A stretch of 64,000 nucleotides of DNA from Pseudomonadota bacterium (GCA_043798915.1 JAZDOG010000102.1:1-64000), one strand, 5' to 3'. Positions 17,841 through 28,146 are shown, numbered from the stretch's first letter. Numbers and translations are program-made. The notes: generated from the sequence alone by a model not told the origin.

Positions 17841-20825
17841 ATGTTTGCAGGCGGCGATCAGAACTACATCACGGGACGCGCGATAAAATACCTCTGCGGC
17901 GGAGCGGCCTATCCCGACACCGGACCGAAGGCCTTCGATCTCGCCAAGGCCGATAAGGACTGCGCGAAAGCCGTGACGGCGGAAATTCAAGACGCCTTTG
18001 CCGCGCTTGCCGGAGGCACTCCCAAACAACTGGACAACCTCGAAGCCTATCTCAAGCTCCGGAACGATACGGCCTATATGACCTGCTTCATATCATCCGG
18101 CGCGGGCGACAGCGGCGTCAACAGAACGACCGGCACGCTGCTAAATAAGTGCATGGATGAATTCTACAAGGGCAAGGACTCCAGCGGCACTGATAAAAAG
18201 GTAAATCTATATAAGACCAACGTCGGCGGTGATTTGCATTTCAAAGTCATGGGCGAATACGTGCCGTGGGCGGTGGAACAGGTCAAGGCAGGTATCCCCG
18301 CCGCAAGCACCATTCCGCTCCCGGCCGCGTTCATGACCTATCTCGATAGCATCAAGGACCCCAAATACTTGGTCCTCTACAGAACCATATTGCGCCTCTA
18401 CTCCGAAGCGAAGGCAGAACTCACATCTGAGCAGCAGCTCGATTCAAGAATTGCCACGAGGATCGCCGACCAGCTGGTGGAGTGGGCCAGGCTCAGGAAA
18501 GATCTCCTCGACCATGCAACAACGGATACCGATAAATATAACGTCGAGGCGGCGATCGTCACGTCCCTCGTCGAGGGCGTGGACGCTGCACACGACTTCG
18601 CAGTAAAGATAGTCGACCTCATCGCAACCGATCTCTTCAAGCCCGAAAAAATCGGCTACAAGCAGGGAGAAAAGATTGCGCTCGAGGCCCTGGAAGAGCT
18701 CCGCCAGCGCTCCTACGAGGTGAAAACCGACGCCGCAAACAAGGAGGCCGTGGGAAGGGACTTCGGTCGCCTGACCTCCGAGACGGCCAAGACGACGAGC
18801 AACTTCGTCAGCAAGCTGCATCCTTCGATGGAAAAACTGGCCGGCAAGCTCCACAAGTACGCGGCATCGGTGAAGCTCAACGAGGACAAGACGATCAAAG
18901 AAGTGGTCTTCAAGAAGAGGGGCGCATCGGAAGTCCCGTCCAAGCTTGTTGACGCCTTCGGGGCGAAGAATGACCCGCTCCTCACCGCAGTCCTGGCCGA
19001 ATTGTTGAAACAGCTCATGGATGCGGCCGCTGGGGCGCTCGGCGGCAAAGACAAGGCCCGCGACAGAGAAGCGGAGCTCATGGAACAACTCATCGACAAG
19101 CTCAACAGGCTCTCGACTGCCAACGGCGGCGACGTGAGCCCGGAGTTCTTCGCCCGCATCTGGATATTCGGAGTGGATCCTGACGGAAAGATACATACGG
19201 GGCTCGTTCCTGATGAGCTCTTCTCGCCCAAAATAATGAGACTCATCAACGGTCCGGGCGGCATCGCGATCCTCCATGCCCTGAAGCGCCTCTTCATCGA
19301 GGCGATACTGGAAGATCCGAAACGCTACATGGGACAGGGAGCGGCTGAGGAAGGAAATCGCAGCGCCCTGGCCAAGCAGATAAGCGGCGCAGCCCGCAAA
19401 AAGATTTATGGCGGCGAGGACCTCGAGTCAGGCGTGAGGGACTTCCTCGAAGACCAGCATTTCGTCGAATTAAAAACGACCAAGGGCAAAAAGGGCAAAC
19501 CGGATGTCGTCGAGGCCGTCATCGCGGCGCCTCCGCATTCAGCCAACGAGATATGCGCCGACAAGAAATGCAGGACGACGCTCACCGTGGGCCTGGACAG
19601 CGAGTTTGGCGGCGTGACCCCGACAGAAAAAGCGGAGACAAATCCATTCCAGGCGCTGGTCATAGCTGGAGTCAAGGGACGTGTTCGGCTGAATGATGAA
19701 ATAGGCATCACGGCCGACGCTCAGTACATCTACGGAAAATGGGTGGAGACGTTCGCCAAGGCCGGCATAAACGACGGCTTCCAGCTCGACCCGAACAATG
19801 CGGGTGAAATCTCGGCGTTCAGGGAACTGTCGGTTGGAATCAATGGGCACCATGATTTCGAGGATGAAGATGGCAAGGTAACAGGAAAAATAAAAGGAAG
19901 CGTCAAGGGAGGCCTTACAAGCAAACGCGTTCCGGCGCTTGGCGCCATGGATCTGCTGCCTGATGTTGGAATGGCATATATGCTCTATCCAACAGCCGGA
20001 TCCAGCGCAACGGCTGGCGGCATCGGACACGTTGAGGGCTCCTACAACACATCCGAGGATGGAAAACTGATAATCGGCGCAGCGGTGGGATTCAACACCT
20101 TCCGATACAACGTGAGCTTGAGGCAGGATGCCGACGCGCCTCCCACCCCGGACGGACCGGGCGGCTGTGTCGTGAGCCCATCGCTCTATGCCGGATATCA
20201 GGGCAAGAGGGTCCACGCTGGAGTGGCCTATCGCGGAAACATGACTGTTGGTGGCGATTATTCGCCGGATATACCGCTAAGAAACGTCACAGACGGCATC
20301 AGCCGCCACACCGGGGAAGCGGGCGCTAAGATCTTTTTCGGCGGCGAGGAGAGCCAGGATCACAGCCTCTTGCTGCATGCCCGATATAACGCCCTCCTGA
20401 GCAACCATGCCACAAGTTTGAGCCAGGTCATGGCCACGCTTCAGTACGAAGGCGTCTGGTTCAATAGAACCAGGTGGATGATACAGGGAGTCGCCAATCT
20501 TTCATACATGAGGACGTTCGGCAACGTTGATCCGTCGCTCCCAGGGTCCACACTTTCAGGCGCAGGCGGCGCGGGCGACATATCGCAGACCAACATATCT
20601 GGAGACGTGTCCGTTTTCAACGAGGCCTTCGTAGCCACACTAAAACCCAAAGTCATTTTGCGGCAAGGACCGCAGTACAGCAGCGGGATTTACTTACAAC
20701 CAATAGCTCAGTTGATCTGCGCCGACCAGGGTCATGACGGCAACGGCATGTCCTGTGCCTTCTTCGGCGGCGCCGCTTTTGGCTTCCTGGGCGATCTCAT
20801 TGACTTGTTCAAAAAGGGCAACTGA
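17841..20825 (+). CDS. Hypothetical 994-aa protein; helical N-half, beta-barrel-like C-half
   Basis: GAGGAGG RBS; alternating hydrophobic/Gly/aromatic strands after about residue 580; no signal peptide. Confidence 0.8.
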   Translation: MFAGGDQNYITGRAIKYLCGGAAYPDTGPKAFDLAKADKDCAKAVTAEIQDAFAALAGGTPKQLDNLEAYLKLRNDTAYMTCFISSGAGDSGVNRTTGTLLNKCMDEFYKGKDSSGTDKKVNLYKTNVGGDLHFKVMGEYVPWAVEQVKAGIPAASTIPLPAAFMTYLDSIKDPKYLVLYRTILRLYSEAKAELTSEQQLDSRIATRIADQLVEWARLRKDLLDHATTDTDKYNVEAAIVTSLVEGVDAAHDFAVKIVDLIATDLFKPEKIGYKQGEKIALEALEELRQRSYEVKTDAANKEAVGRDFGRLTSETAKTTSNFVSKLHPSMEKLAGKLHKYAASVKLNEDKTIKEVVFKKRGASEVPSKLVDAFGAKNDPLLTAVLAELLKQLMDAAAGALGGKDKARDREAELMEQLIDKLNRLSTANGGDVSPEFFARIWIFGVDPDGKIHTGLVPDELFSPKIMRLINGPGGIAILHALKRLFIEAILEDPKRYMGQGAAEEGNRSALAKQISGAARKKIYGGEDLESGVRDFLEDQHFVELKTTKGKKGKPDVVEAVIAAPPHSANEICADKKCRTTLTVGLDSEFGGVTPTEKAETNPFQALVIAGVKGRVRLNDEIGITADAQYIYGKWVETFAKAGINDGFQLDPNNAGEISAFRELSVGINGHHDFEDEDGKVTGKIKGSVKGGLTSKRVPALGAMDLLPDVGMAYMLYPTAGSSATAGGIGHVEGSYNTSEDGKLIIGAAVGFNTFRYNVSLRQDADAPPTPDGPGGCVVSPSLYAGYQGKRVHAGVAYRGNMTVGGDYSPDIPLRNVTDGISRHTGEAGAKIFFGGEESQDHSLLLHARYNALLSNHATSLSQVMATLQYEGVWFNRTRWMIQGVANLSYMRTFGNVDPSLPGSTLSGAGGAGDISQTNISGDVSVFNEAFVATLKPKVILRQGPQYSSGIYLQPIAQLICADQGHDGNGMSCAFFGGAAFGFLGDLIDLFKKGN

Positions 20826-20874
20826 TGATCCAAATTGTGGGTTGAAAGACAACCATTAAGCGAGGGTCAGGGAT

Positions 20875-23550
20875 ATGAAAATCAAAGGGATGAAAAGAAC
20901 GTGGTGCTTCATGGCCGCGGTCGTCTTCGCGGCGATGGCAGCCGGCTGCGACGACGGTTCGCTCCAGATGCCGGGGCTGGGGGCGAACATCACGCCGCCG
21001 ACGCCCAACATCATCGCCTTCAGTGCGGACCCGAATCCGGCCAAGGCCGGAGAGACGACCAATATCTCATGGGAGGTGGCAAACGCCGACTCCGTCGAGA
21101 TCACGGCGACGTCCGGCGGAAAGGCGATCTCGTTTGACGTGAAGACGACGGACCTCAAGGGCACCGCGCCATCACCCGCCCTCACCGCCACGACGGAATT
21201 CACCCTGACCGCAACAAAGAAGGCCCCAACGGAAACGGCCGCACCGGCCAGCGCAAACGCCGCGAAGGCCGATGAGACAAAACCGCCAGCGGGAACCAAT
21301 GATTCGCCATCGCTGACCTCGGTTTCGCAGACGATCACCGTGACCGTCGATCAGGCGAACGAGATCAAAGCGACGATAGACGCGGACAGCAAGAGCCTGA
21401 CACCGGGCGACCAGACGGTCATCCGATGGAAGGTAGGGCCCGCTGACGGTCTGACGATCAAGGTTGAGTCCGACACCGGCGAGCCGATCTCGGCCACCGA
21501 AAAGTGCGACGGGGACATCAAGACGATTCTGGGACAGACGCCGGCATCAACCATTCCGGCAGTCGGCTGCGCCGTCGTAGCGCCCCAGGTGAAGACAACC
21601 TACACCGTGACGGCCTTGGCCGGCGAAACGGCATTGCTGGCCGGGAAAAATACAGCCAGCGTGGTGGTAGACGTCAACACACAACTGGAAGTTGCGCGCT
21701 TCACGGTCAACCAACAGGAAAATGCGGTGGTCGCCGACTTCAGCGCACCTGTCACTCTCGAGTGGACAGTCATCCCCAAGGGAGCGCTCGTGACGATCGT
21801 CTCCAGCCCGAGGGCCGCATGCGACCTGCCGGTGGACAGTGCGTCGGCCGGCGAGGCCGAGCAGCTGCCGTGCATGATCGCCGCCAACACGACGTTCACG
21901 CTGACCGCAAAACTCGGCAAGGACGGCGCGTCTCAGACGCGCACCGCGACCGTCAGGCAGCAGCAGGCCGGCGGCGCCGACCTCAAAATCACATCCGACG
22001 GAGGGGGATGGGCGTTCGCGGGAGAACAGGTCGCCGTGGTGATCGAGCCGATCGGAAACGCGCAGATGATAGGCAAGGTGACCATCAGCAACGGAAACGG
22101 CCTGGCGGTGGTCCCCCCCTTAAGCTCTGGAGCAGTGACCGTAAAGGTTCAGGTTCCGGCATCCGGCGTGCACGTGAGCTGGACCTGCGATACCTGCGAA
22201 GTCAAAGAGCGCAGCGTCCTTGCAGTGCAGGCGATGCCGATGAACCCGAAGGCCTTCGGCGAGGAAAGCTCCTCCGTCATGCGGATCACGAGCGTGACAC
22301 CCATCGCCGGATCAGATGGCGTATTCCTCTACGGCGTGGATCGCGGATACAACAAGGGAGTCGCATCGATTTTCAAGTCCGGGATCTCGCTCTCCGATGA
22401 GCTGATGATGAACATAGACTTCGGCAGCGCGATGCTCGGCGTCAACGGATCGGCGGCCTTCTTCAACCCGGATTTCCTCAGCAAGATGGACTATCCGGTC
22501 GGCGCGATCGGCGTCACCAAGGACAACCGCATATATGTCGGAACCTCCGGCGCGCTGATGTATGAGATCAAGGGCGCCAAGGGTCCGGAATGGAAGATCT
22601 TCGACCAGTTCTTCGGCTGGGCAGACAGCGCACACCCCTATCCAGGGTCGCATCCGACGTGCGCCGGCGAAACGCAGAAGGGCAATCCGGCGAGCGGTTC
22701 GAGCACGATTGCAACACTCCATGAGTTCTGCGACATCGCCTTCTTCGGCGAGAAGGGCCTCATGGTCGCCACGGACCGCGGCGTGTTCGCAATGAAGGAT
22801 GCGGATGCATATCTCACAGACAGAAAAGCCAACGTGTGGAAGGGAATTCCGCCCGCCGGCAAGACCTACAAGGACGGTGCAGCCTTCCTGACATTCTCGA
22901 GGGTGGCGAACGACCTTCAGCAGGTTGACACCAGGATATTCGCGGCGACATCGAAGGGCTCCGGGACTGCGCTCGGCGGCGTGTTCGTCACCGCCGACAA
23001 CGGCGACACCTGGACTGAATTCGGCCTCAAAGATACGGATGTCTACAGCCTTGCCTACGACGACCAGGCCAAGAAGCTATACGCAGGCACGGCCAGCGGC
23101 GTGCAGGTCTCGGATGTATCCGCCGCATCTTCATGGACTCAGGTCGGTACGCTCAAAAAGGCGGTCTTCTCCCTCGCCGTCGACCCGTACAGCTCCGGCG
23201 GCGTGCTTGTCGCCGGCACCGCTGACGGCCTGTCGGTCCTGCGCGGGGTGGGCACGGGAGACTGGGTCGATATCGGGGACAAACACGGCGTTAAACTGGG
23301 CAAGATCCGGGCGCTGACCATGGTCAACAAGGTCGACGATGCCAAGGGCCTCATCCAGCATTACGTTGCGATCGGCACGCTCAAAGGCGCGATCAACGGA
23401 AGCGTTGCGGTCCACAAGGCATCCGTGATGCCGACAGCAGTTGTTCCTGAAACTCCGCAGATTCCGTCGGCGACGCCTGTGGTTACCACCGTGCCGCCAA
23501 AAGCAAATGTCACCTCGGCATATATTATGAAGAAGCCAACCGGCATTTGA
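20875..23550 (+). CDS. Large lipoprotein with Ig-like repeats and C-terminal beta-propeller
   Basis: Lipobox AAGC; repeated (I/L)xWxV...TTFTLTA units; Asp-box-like ADNGDTW and VYSLA/VFSLA blades. Confidence 0.8.
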   Translation: MKIKGMKRTWCFMAAVVFAAMAAGCDDGSLQMPGLGANITPPTPNIIAFSADPNPAKAGETTNISWEVANADSVEITATSGGKAISFDVKTTDLKGTAPSPALTATTEFTLTATKKAPTETAAPASANAAKADETKPPAGTNDSPSLTSVSQTITVTVDQANEIKATIDADSKSLTPGDQTVIRWKVGPADGLTIKVESDTGEPISATEKCDGDIKTILGQTPASTIPAVGCAVVAPQVKTTYTVTALAGETALLAGKNTASVVVDVNTQLEVARFTVNQQENAVVADFSAPVTLEWTVIPKGALVTIVSSPRAACDLPVDSASAGEAEQLPCMIAANTTFTLTAKLGKDGASQTRTATVRQQQAGGADLKITSDGGGWAFAGEQVAVVIEPIGNAQMIGKVTISNGNGLAVVPPLSSGAVTVKVQVPASGVHVSWTCDTCEVKERSVLAVQAMPMNPKAFGEESSSVMRITSVTPIAGSDGVFLYGVDRGYNKGVASIFKSGISLSDELMMNIDFGSAMLGVNGSAAFFNPDFLSKMDYPVGAIGVTKDNRIYVGTSGALMYEIKGAKGPEWKIFDQFFGWADSAHPYPGSHPTCAGETQKGNPASGSSTIATLHEFCDIAFFGEKGLMVATDRGVFAMKDADAYLTDRKANVWKGIPPAGKTYKDGAAFLTFSRVANDLQQVDTRIFAATSKGSGTALGGVFVTADNGDTWTEFGLKDTDVYSLAYDDQAKKLYAGTASGVQVSDVSAASSWTQVGTLKKAVFSLAVDPYSSGGVLVAGTADGLSVLRGVGTGDWVDIGDKHGVKLGKIRALTMVNKVDDAKGLIQHYVAIGTLKGAINGSVAVHKASVMPTAVVPETPQIPSATPVVTTVPPKANVTSAYIMKKPTGI

Positions 23551-23582
23551 GGAGAAAATAGAAAGCCCAAGAGGGTGGGGAT

Positions 23583-23630
23583 GGAAATCAAGGCCGGGCC
23601 AACAATGGTCCGGCCTTGGTGTTTTATATT
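23583..23630. repeat. Terminator-like hairpin repeat, copy 1
   Basis: GGAAATCAAGGCCGGGCCA-ACAA-TGGTCCGGCCTTGGTGTTTTATATT; related copies at 25212 and 26641. Confidence 0.7.
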
Positions 23631-23709
23631 AAAAAGGGATGGCGGTTCAACTATTTGACAATATCTGCCTAGAAAGCTACACGCCTCGCCAGAAGCTATT
23701 TAACAAACG

Positions 23710-25197
23710 ATGGGAGACAACATGATCAACATCTGTGACCCGATTCAATACATACCGAAGCTGAACGGAAAACCGGAGGATTATTGGCAAAAGCTTCAAG
23801 ACCAATGTGACAAAGGCCGCAATGCTTTCGATGTCGACAACGCGCCTCTGATGGAAATAAGAAGGCAAATTGGAAAAGCACGTCTATTGCCTGATGCGAG
23901 CACTAAAATTTTTGCGCTGGTCCAAGAGCTGAAGAAAAAAGCCGCTACCATTAAAGATGATTATATTAAAAACAAGACACTATGTAAGAAAGGCAAAGAA
24001 CAGAACGCTGAAGCCTGTGGCTACGTCGACTACTACGACAAATTTGAAACCATCCTGGGTCCGGTTGACGAGATAAGAAAGCCTGCCAAGTCGCCGACAT
24101 CTGTCCCCCTCGTCCCATTGAGGAGCGGCAATCCAACAATCAATCTCCCCCCTCCATTCAAAGGCCATCAAGTCCAATTTGATACGGGCTCATCAACCTC
24201 TCTCTTCTCCAAGAGATTCGTAGAATCTCGCCCTGATAATTTTTTGCCATTACAGATTACATCTGGAGATTATGGCCTGGGGGTATACAGGATCGAAGAT
24301 ATCAAAATCAACATAGGCAACGCAGCATTTTCACCTCAGGTGGGCGTAGCTGTTTCGGCGGTCGATGAGGACGGTGGAACTGACAGGGAAGGTCAGCTTA
24401 TTGCGACGTTGGGTTTGGACTTTCTCCTCATGAGATCGGTCAGATTCAATTACTCCAAACAATCGATCGTCTTTGATCAAAACTTAGACAAGGAACTTCG
24501 CACAGGGAAGTGGGAGGCAATCCCCCTGCAGATCCGGAGGGAAGGGCTGTTTGGAGGGCTTTTTATAAGTCTCGAGGTTCTTCTGAACGGACAAGCAACT
24601 CAAATGCATTTTGATACCGGGGCAGAACTGTCATATGTTTTTGAGAGCTGTCTCCCCAAACTCCCTGAGTTGCCTGATGCCACAAATGACAAATCCTGTG
24701 GTTACACGGGCGTAAATAGCCGTGGCAGCTCCAGCAAAACCATTTCCGATGTAAAAGTCTCGCTCGGTGGATACGACATCAGAATACCGATGGATGTGCT
24801 CCCGGCAGATCTACCACACGTTAAACTGCTGCTGAGTAAAAATATCTGCGGAATGGCCGGCCTTAATATGTTTACGCGCTTCAATCCAATATTCGATCCA
24901 GCGACATCCACGCTGTACCTCGAATCACCCCAAAAAGGGCAAAAGATATACAGCTTCAAAAATTTTGATTTTATCTACAGACAACAATTCAGCTATCGCT
25001 ATGCCAGTGATGTCACAAAGGGCGGGTCTGCAGAAAAGGCCGGCTTGAAAACAAACGATATAATTTTAAAAATCAACGGCAGCGATGCTGCCAGCATGAC
25101 AGGACGTCAATATATAGAATTGTCCTACGCTGATACTATAACGCTGCTCATAGATCGCGATGGCAAAAAAAAGACAATCAGAATAAAACTCCATTAG
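23710..25197 (+). CDS. Double retropepsin-like aspartic protease with C-terminal PDZ domain
   Basis: FDTGSS and FDTGAE, LGLDFL and AGLNMF, SAEKAGLKTNDIILKING. Confidence 0.85.
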   Translation: MGDNMINICDPIQYIPKLNGKPEDYWQKLQDQCDKGRNAFDVDNAPLMEIRRQIGKARLLPDASTKIFALVQELKKKAATIKDDYIKNKTLCKKGKEQNAEACGYVDYYDKFETILGPVDEIRKPAKSPTSVPLVPLRSGNPTINLPPPFKGHQVQFDTGSSTSLFSKRFVESRPDNFLPLQITSGDYGLGVYRIEDIKINIGNAAFSPQVGVAVSAVDEDGGTDREGQLIATLGLDFLLMRSVRFNYSKQSIVFDQNLDKELRTGKWEAIPLQIRREGLFGGLFISLEVLLNGQATQMHFDTGAELSYVFESCLPKLPELPDATNDKSCGYTGVNSRGSSSKTISDVKVSLGGYDIRIPMDVLPADLPHVKLLLSKNICGMAGLNMFTRFNPIFDPATSTLYLESPQKGQKIYSFKNFDFIYRQQFSYRYASDVTKGGSAEKAGLKTNDIILKINGSDAASMTGRQYIELSYADTITLLIDRDGKKKTIRIKLH

Positions 25198-25211
25198 CCT
25201 ACGAACCGCCG

Positions 25212-25236
25212 ACCAAGGCCGGGCCTTGATTTTTTA
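25212..25236. repeat. Collapsed inverted copy of the hairpin repeat
   Basis: Reverse complement AAATCAAGGC-CCGGCCTTGGT equals the outer arms of the 23583 copy. Confidence 0.55.
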
Positions 25237-25266
25237 GCTACACTGAGGTTTGCCGACCATTCAACT

Positions 25267-26511
25267 TCAAAAATCAAAACTCTCTGGCGTGATGAGTTTG
25301 ACCTCGCGCCCCATCGCTGGCTTTAGAATCTGCGAGCGCGACTTCACTTCATATAGCATTGTCTCTTCTCCTCGCCTGATGACGAGGTCCACTTCCTGCC
25401 CGGTGCTGGAGGAATACCAGAAGTAAGTGCGCTCAAATTGATGCGCGAACTGAGAAGCAACTATCGATTCGAACAAATTTCCCCTCATTCCGGCGTCTGC
25501 CAGTGCGCCATCCCACCATCTGGCCACATTTCTGATGCCGCGCAGATACCCGCCGGCCACCTGGTAGAGCAGCGGGTCTATGAAATAAATTTTTTTTGCC
25601 TTTCTAGGGGCAGCCATGTCCTTGTCAGGATCGTAGCAGGAAAGGACATTGCATAAAAACGCCGATTCAAGATGCTCCACGTATGCCGCGGCGGTCTCGT
25701 GGCTGCGCACCGGCGATTTTTCAATCAGGCGCTGCCAGGTAACCTGGCTCGCCAGGGTGTCATAGACACGAAACAGGATGTGGAGCAGCACCTCCCGCGC
25801 CAGCTTAAAACGATACGCATCGCCAAAAATCCAGTTTGCATATGTTTCGCACGTTTCATCTGTAACTTCGCCGCGCTCACAGTAATCCCTGACAGCGTGA
25901 GGAAATCCTCCGACGCGGCTGTACACCTTCAAAATTTCATTTTTTTCCCAGCCTTTAAAAACTGGAAGAATTCGATAGTCGGAAGGGGATAAAGGATAAA
26001 TCCTGCTTTCGACCACCTTCCGTCCCGGGAAACGCTCCCCCATCTCTTTTAAGTCCCTTGCGTTCGATCCGGAAATAAATGTCGTGGCGTTGGCCAGAAG
26101 TCCGGAATTGATTAACCAGAGCAAAGCGCGTTGCCACCCCACGACAAAAGTTATTTCATCCAGACACACCAGGACCGGACGGTCTTTTCTCCCCTCCATC
26201 CATTCAACGATGGTCGCCCGCAACTCGGAATGAGAATCGATGTTTTCGCAGGTTAAAAACAGGCAATCCTTTGCATTCACCATCTCTTCCGTCAGCGTTC
26301 GCGCAATCATCTCCTTCATCAAAGTTGTTTTTCCTACCTGCCGCGCGCCACGGAGAATGCAGGTCTTCCCTTTTTTGAAAACAAGGTCGGCTTTGACGGG
26401 ATTGTCGAAATAAAAGTGCTTGCCGGCAATGGCTTGCAGATGTGAATCGCTTTTTATCGCCTCAGGGTTTTCCCACCACGGATTCAATACTTCGATCGAC
26501 TTTCGGTCCAT
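25267..26511 (-). CDS. AAA+ ATPase, AAA_14/DUF4143 type, with C-terminal nuclease-like motif
   Basis: NPWW, GARQVGKT, LDEI, SGSN, GGFP, KKIYFIDP, EVDLV...YEVK. Confidence 0.9.
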   Translation of the reverse strand: MDRKSIEVLNPWWENPEAIKSDSHLQAIAGKHFYFDNPVKADLVFKKGKTCILRGARQVGKTTLMKEMIARTLTEEMVNAKDCLFLTCENIDSHSELRATIVEWMEGRKDRPVLVCLDEITFVVGWQRALLWLINSGLLANATTFISGSNARDLKEMGERFPGRKVVESRIYPLSPSDYRILPVFKGWEKNEILKVYSRVGGFPHAVRDYCERGEVTDETCETYANWIFGDAYRFKLAREVLLHILFRVYDTLASQVTWQRLIEKSPVRSHETAAAYVEHLESAFLCNVLSCYDPDKDMAAPRKAKKIYFIDPLLYQVAGGYLRGIRNVARWWDGALADAGMRGNLFESIVASQFAHQFERTYFWYSSSTGQEVDLVIRRGEETMLYEVKSRSQILKPAMGREVKLITPESFDF

Positions 26512-26547
26512 AACACCTCGATAATTAAGGATAAACAACCACTTTGT

Positions 26548-26575
26548 AAATTATGCGATCATGATCGCATAATTT
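26548..26575. promoter_or_regulatory. Perfect 28-bp palindrome upstream of the ATPase (operator-like)
   Basis: AAATTATGCGATCATGATCGCATAATTT. Confidence 0.6.
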
Positions 26576-26640
26576 AAATTTCAAATCAAGGCATTACCAC
26601 AAGCCAGGGAGTTGTCTGTTGCTGGACATGGGGCGGGGAA

Positions 26641-26689
26641 GGAAATCGAGGCTGGACCAGCTTTTAGCCCGGCCTTGGTGCTTTATGTT
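26641..26689. repeat. Hairpin repeat, diverged copy 3
   Basis: GGAAATCGAGGCTGGACCAGCTTTTAGCCCGGCCTTGGTGCTTTATGTT aligns with 23583-23630. Confidence 0.7.
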
Positions 26690-26691
26690 GT

Positions 26692-28146
26692 TCAGCGTGC
26701 GGCCTTCCGTTTCGTTCGGTCGATGATGATATTCATCCAGTCCCCGTTCCGGCGGATAAGGATTTTGGATCTCTTCCTTCTCGCGTAAGCCCACTCGACG
26801 ATCCAGAACGGCGTCAGCTTCGATGCTGGCGTCTTGTCAATCCCTACGATTTCATCGCCAGACCGCAGCCCGCTTTTGTATGCAGTGCTGTCCTCAGTGA
26901 GGTTGCCAACAACGAGCCTTCCGTCATCCCGGCGTTCTGTGAGGAAACTAGGATTGATCGACGCCTCTCCCTTGGATTTTCGAGGGGAAATAAAGAGCGT
27001 GCGCGTCTCGGGGTCAATAATCATATTGAAGCGGGCGAGGACATCGAGCCCAATCGAGCCGCAGAGGCCATTTTTTTCCACCGTAGCGGAATTGGGGTCG
27101 CTCGTCGAAGTTACCGTAAGGCTATCAAGCGGGATATGTGATCCGCCTAATGTCAACGTAATGTTCCCAATTGCCATTGCGTCGACAGTTGTTCCGTCTG
27201 CAATTCGTCCACCACCCAGACTGCGGACGGTCTGTTTCGGAAGTTTCAATAGGCAAGACGGGATAATAGAGCTTAAATTTGAACCCGTATCCACGGCAAA
27301 GGGAAAGCTCACACCGTCGACGTCTGCCTTGACCAGAATGAGAACACCCAAATTCGAACTTTGAATTCCCGCTATAGAAAATGGGACAGGCCCCCATCTC
27401 TTTTCTGCCAGGCGCCTGCCTACGTCCTGGTTCTCCGTCACCGTCCAGGAGTCGTAGTTTATCTCAACGGGACTTTGGAGAAAAAAATCGAGACCAAGCA
27501 ATGCAACAAGGCGTTTGCCGGGTTCCGTGCCCTCGAGCTTGTCGAGAAGACCGACCTCAACGACGAATGGAGGCGAGTACGATATCTGGCCGAGGACAAA
27601 AGCGAGACCGGAGGTATTGTACGCCTTGAGACCATATATTGGAACTCTGTTCTTCTCGGTAAAATGGGCCGACTCCAAGGTCTGCAAATATTTCGAAACT
27701 CCTGAACTACTAGAACCAGTATCGAGGAAGACTTCCCGCCGCTCCCCTCCCTTTGTCGAAAGCTCGGCGACAAGATAGCCGCTTTTGAGGGGAGTAAGTT
27801 TTGCCGAGCGAGGCTCCCCGGAAAAACGCCCAATCTCGCCCGGATTCCCGAAGAGTTTGACAAAATTATCATAGACGGCGGTGAACCCGCAGGCAAAGGC
27901 ATCGGCGTTCTCGGAGCAAGACTTGGCCTTATCGAGATACTCCTCTTCGACTGGCCGGGCTCTTACTGGAAGAAGCCGTTTGAGATTTTCAATCTCGGGG
28001 TCTGTGAGGGAAGCGGCCTTCCTCCTCCCAATTTCGCGCCGGATCTCTATGAGAGGTGAAATCCATCTATCAAAAGTCACTACGCCTTGGGAGCACTGCT
28101 GCCGATCGGATGCGTTGATGTTCGGGGAAAAGCAAAGATTGCCCAT
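26692..28146 (-). CDS. Double retropepsin-like aspartic protease with PDZ domain, paralogue of 23710-25197
   Basis: LDTGSS and VDTGSN, LGLDFF and IGLDVL, TAYKSGLRSGDEIVGID; shared PLxEIRRxIG and ACG..YD.F N-domain; AGGAG RBS. Confidence 0.85.
   Translation of the reverse strand: MGNLCFSPNINASDRQQCSQGVVTFDRWISPLIEIRREIGRRKAASLTDPEIENLKRLLPVRARPVEEEYLDKAKSCSENADAFACGFTAVYDNFVKLFGNPGEIGRFSGEPRSAKLTPLKSGYLVAELSTKGGERREVFLDTGSSSSGVSKYLQTLESAHFTEKNRVPIYGLKAYNTSGLAFVLGQISYSPPFVVEVGLLDKLEGTEPGKRLVALLGLDFFLQSPVEINYDSWTVTENQDVGRRLAEKRWGPVPFSIAGIQSSNLGVLILVKADVDGVSFPFAVDTGSNLSSIIPSCLLKLPKQTVRSLGGGRIADGTTVDAMAIGNITLTLGGSHIPLDSLTVTSTSDPNSATVEKNGLCGSIGLDVLARFNMIIDPETRTLFISPRKSKGEASINPSFLTERRDDGRLVVGNLTEDSTAYKSGLRSGDEIVGIDKTPASKLTPFWIVEWAYARRKRSKILIRRNGDWMNIIIDRTKRKAAR

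Noticed and set aside
23571..26689. Integron attC cassettes
   Set aside because: No RYYYAAC/GTTRRRY ends, mixed gene orientation, no integrase
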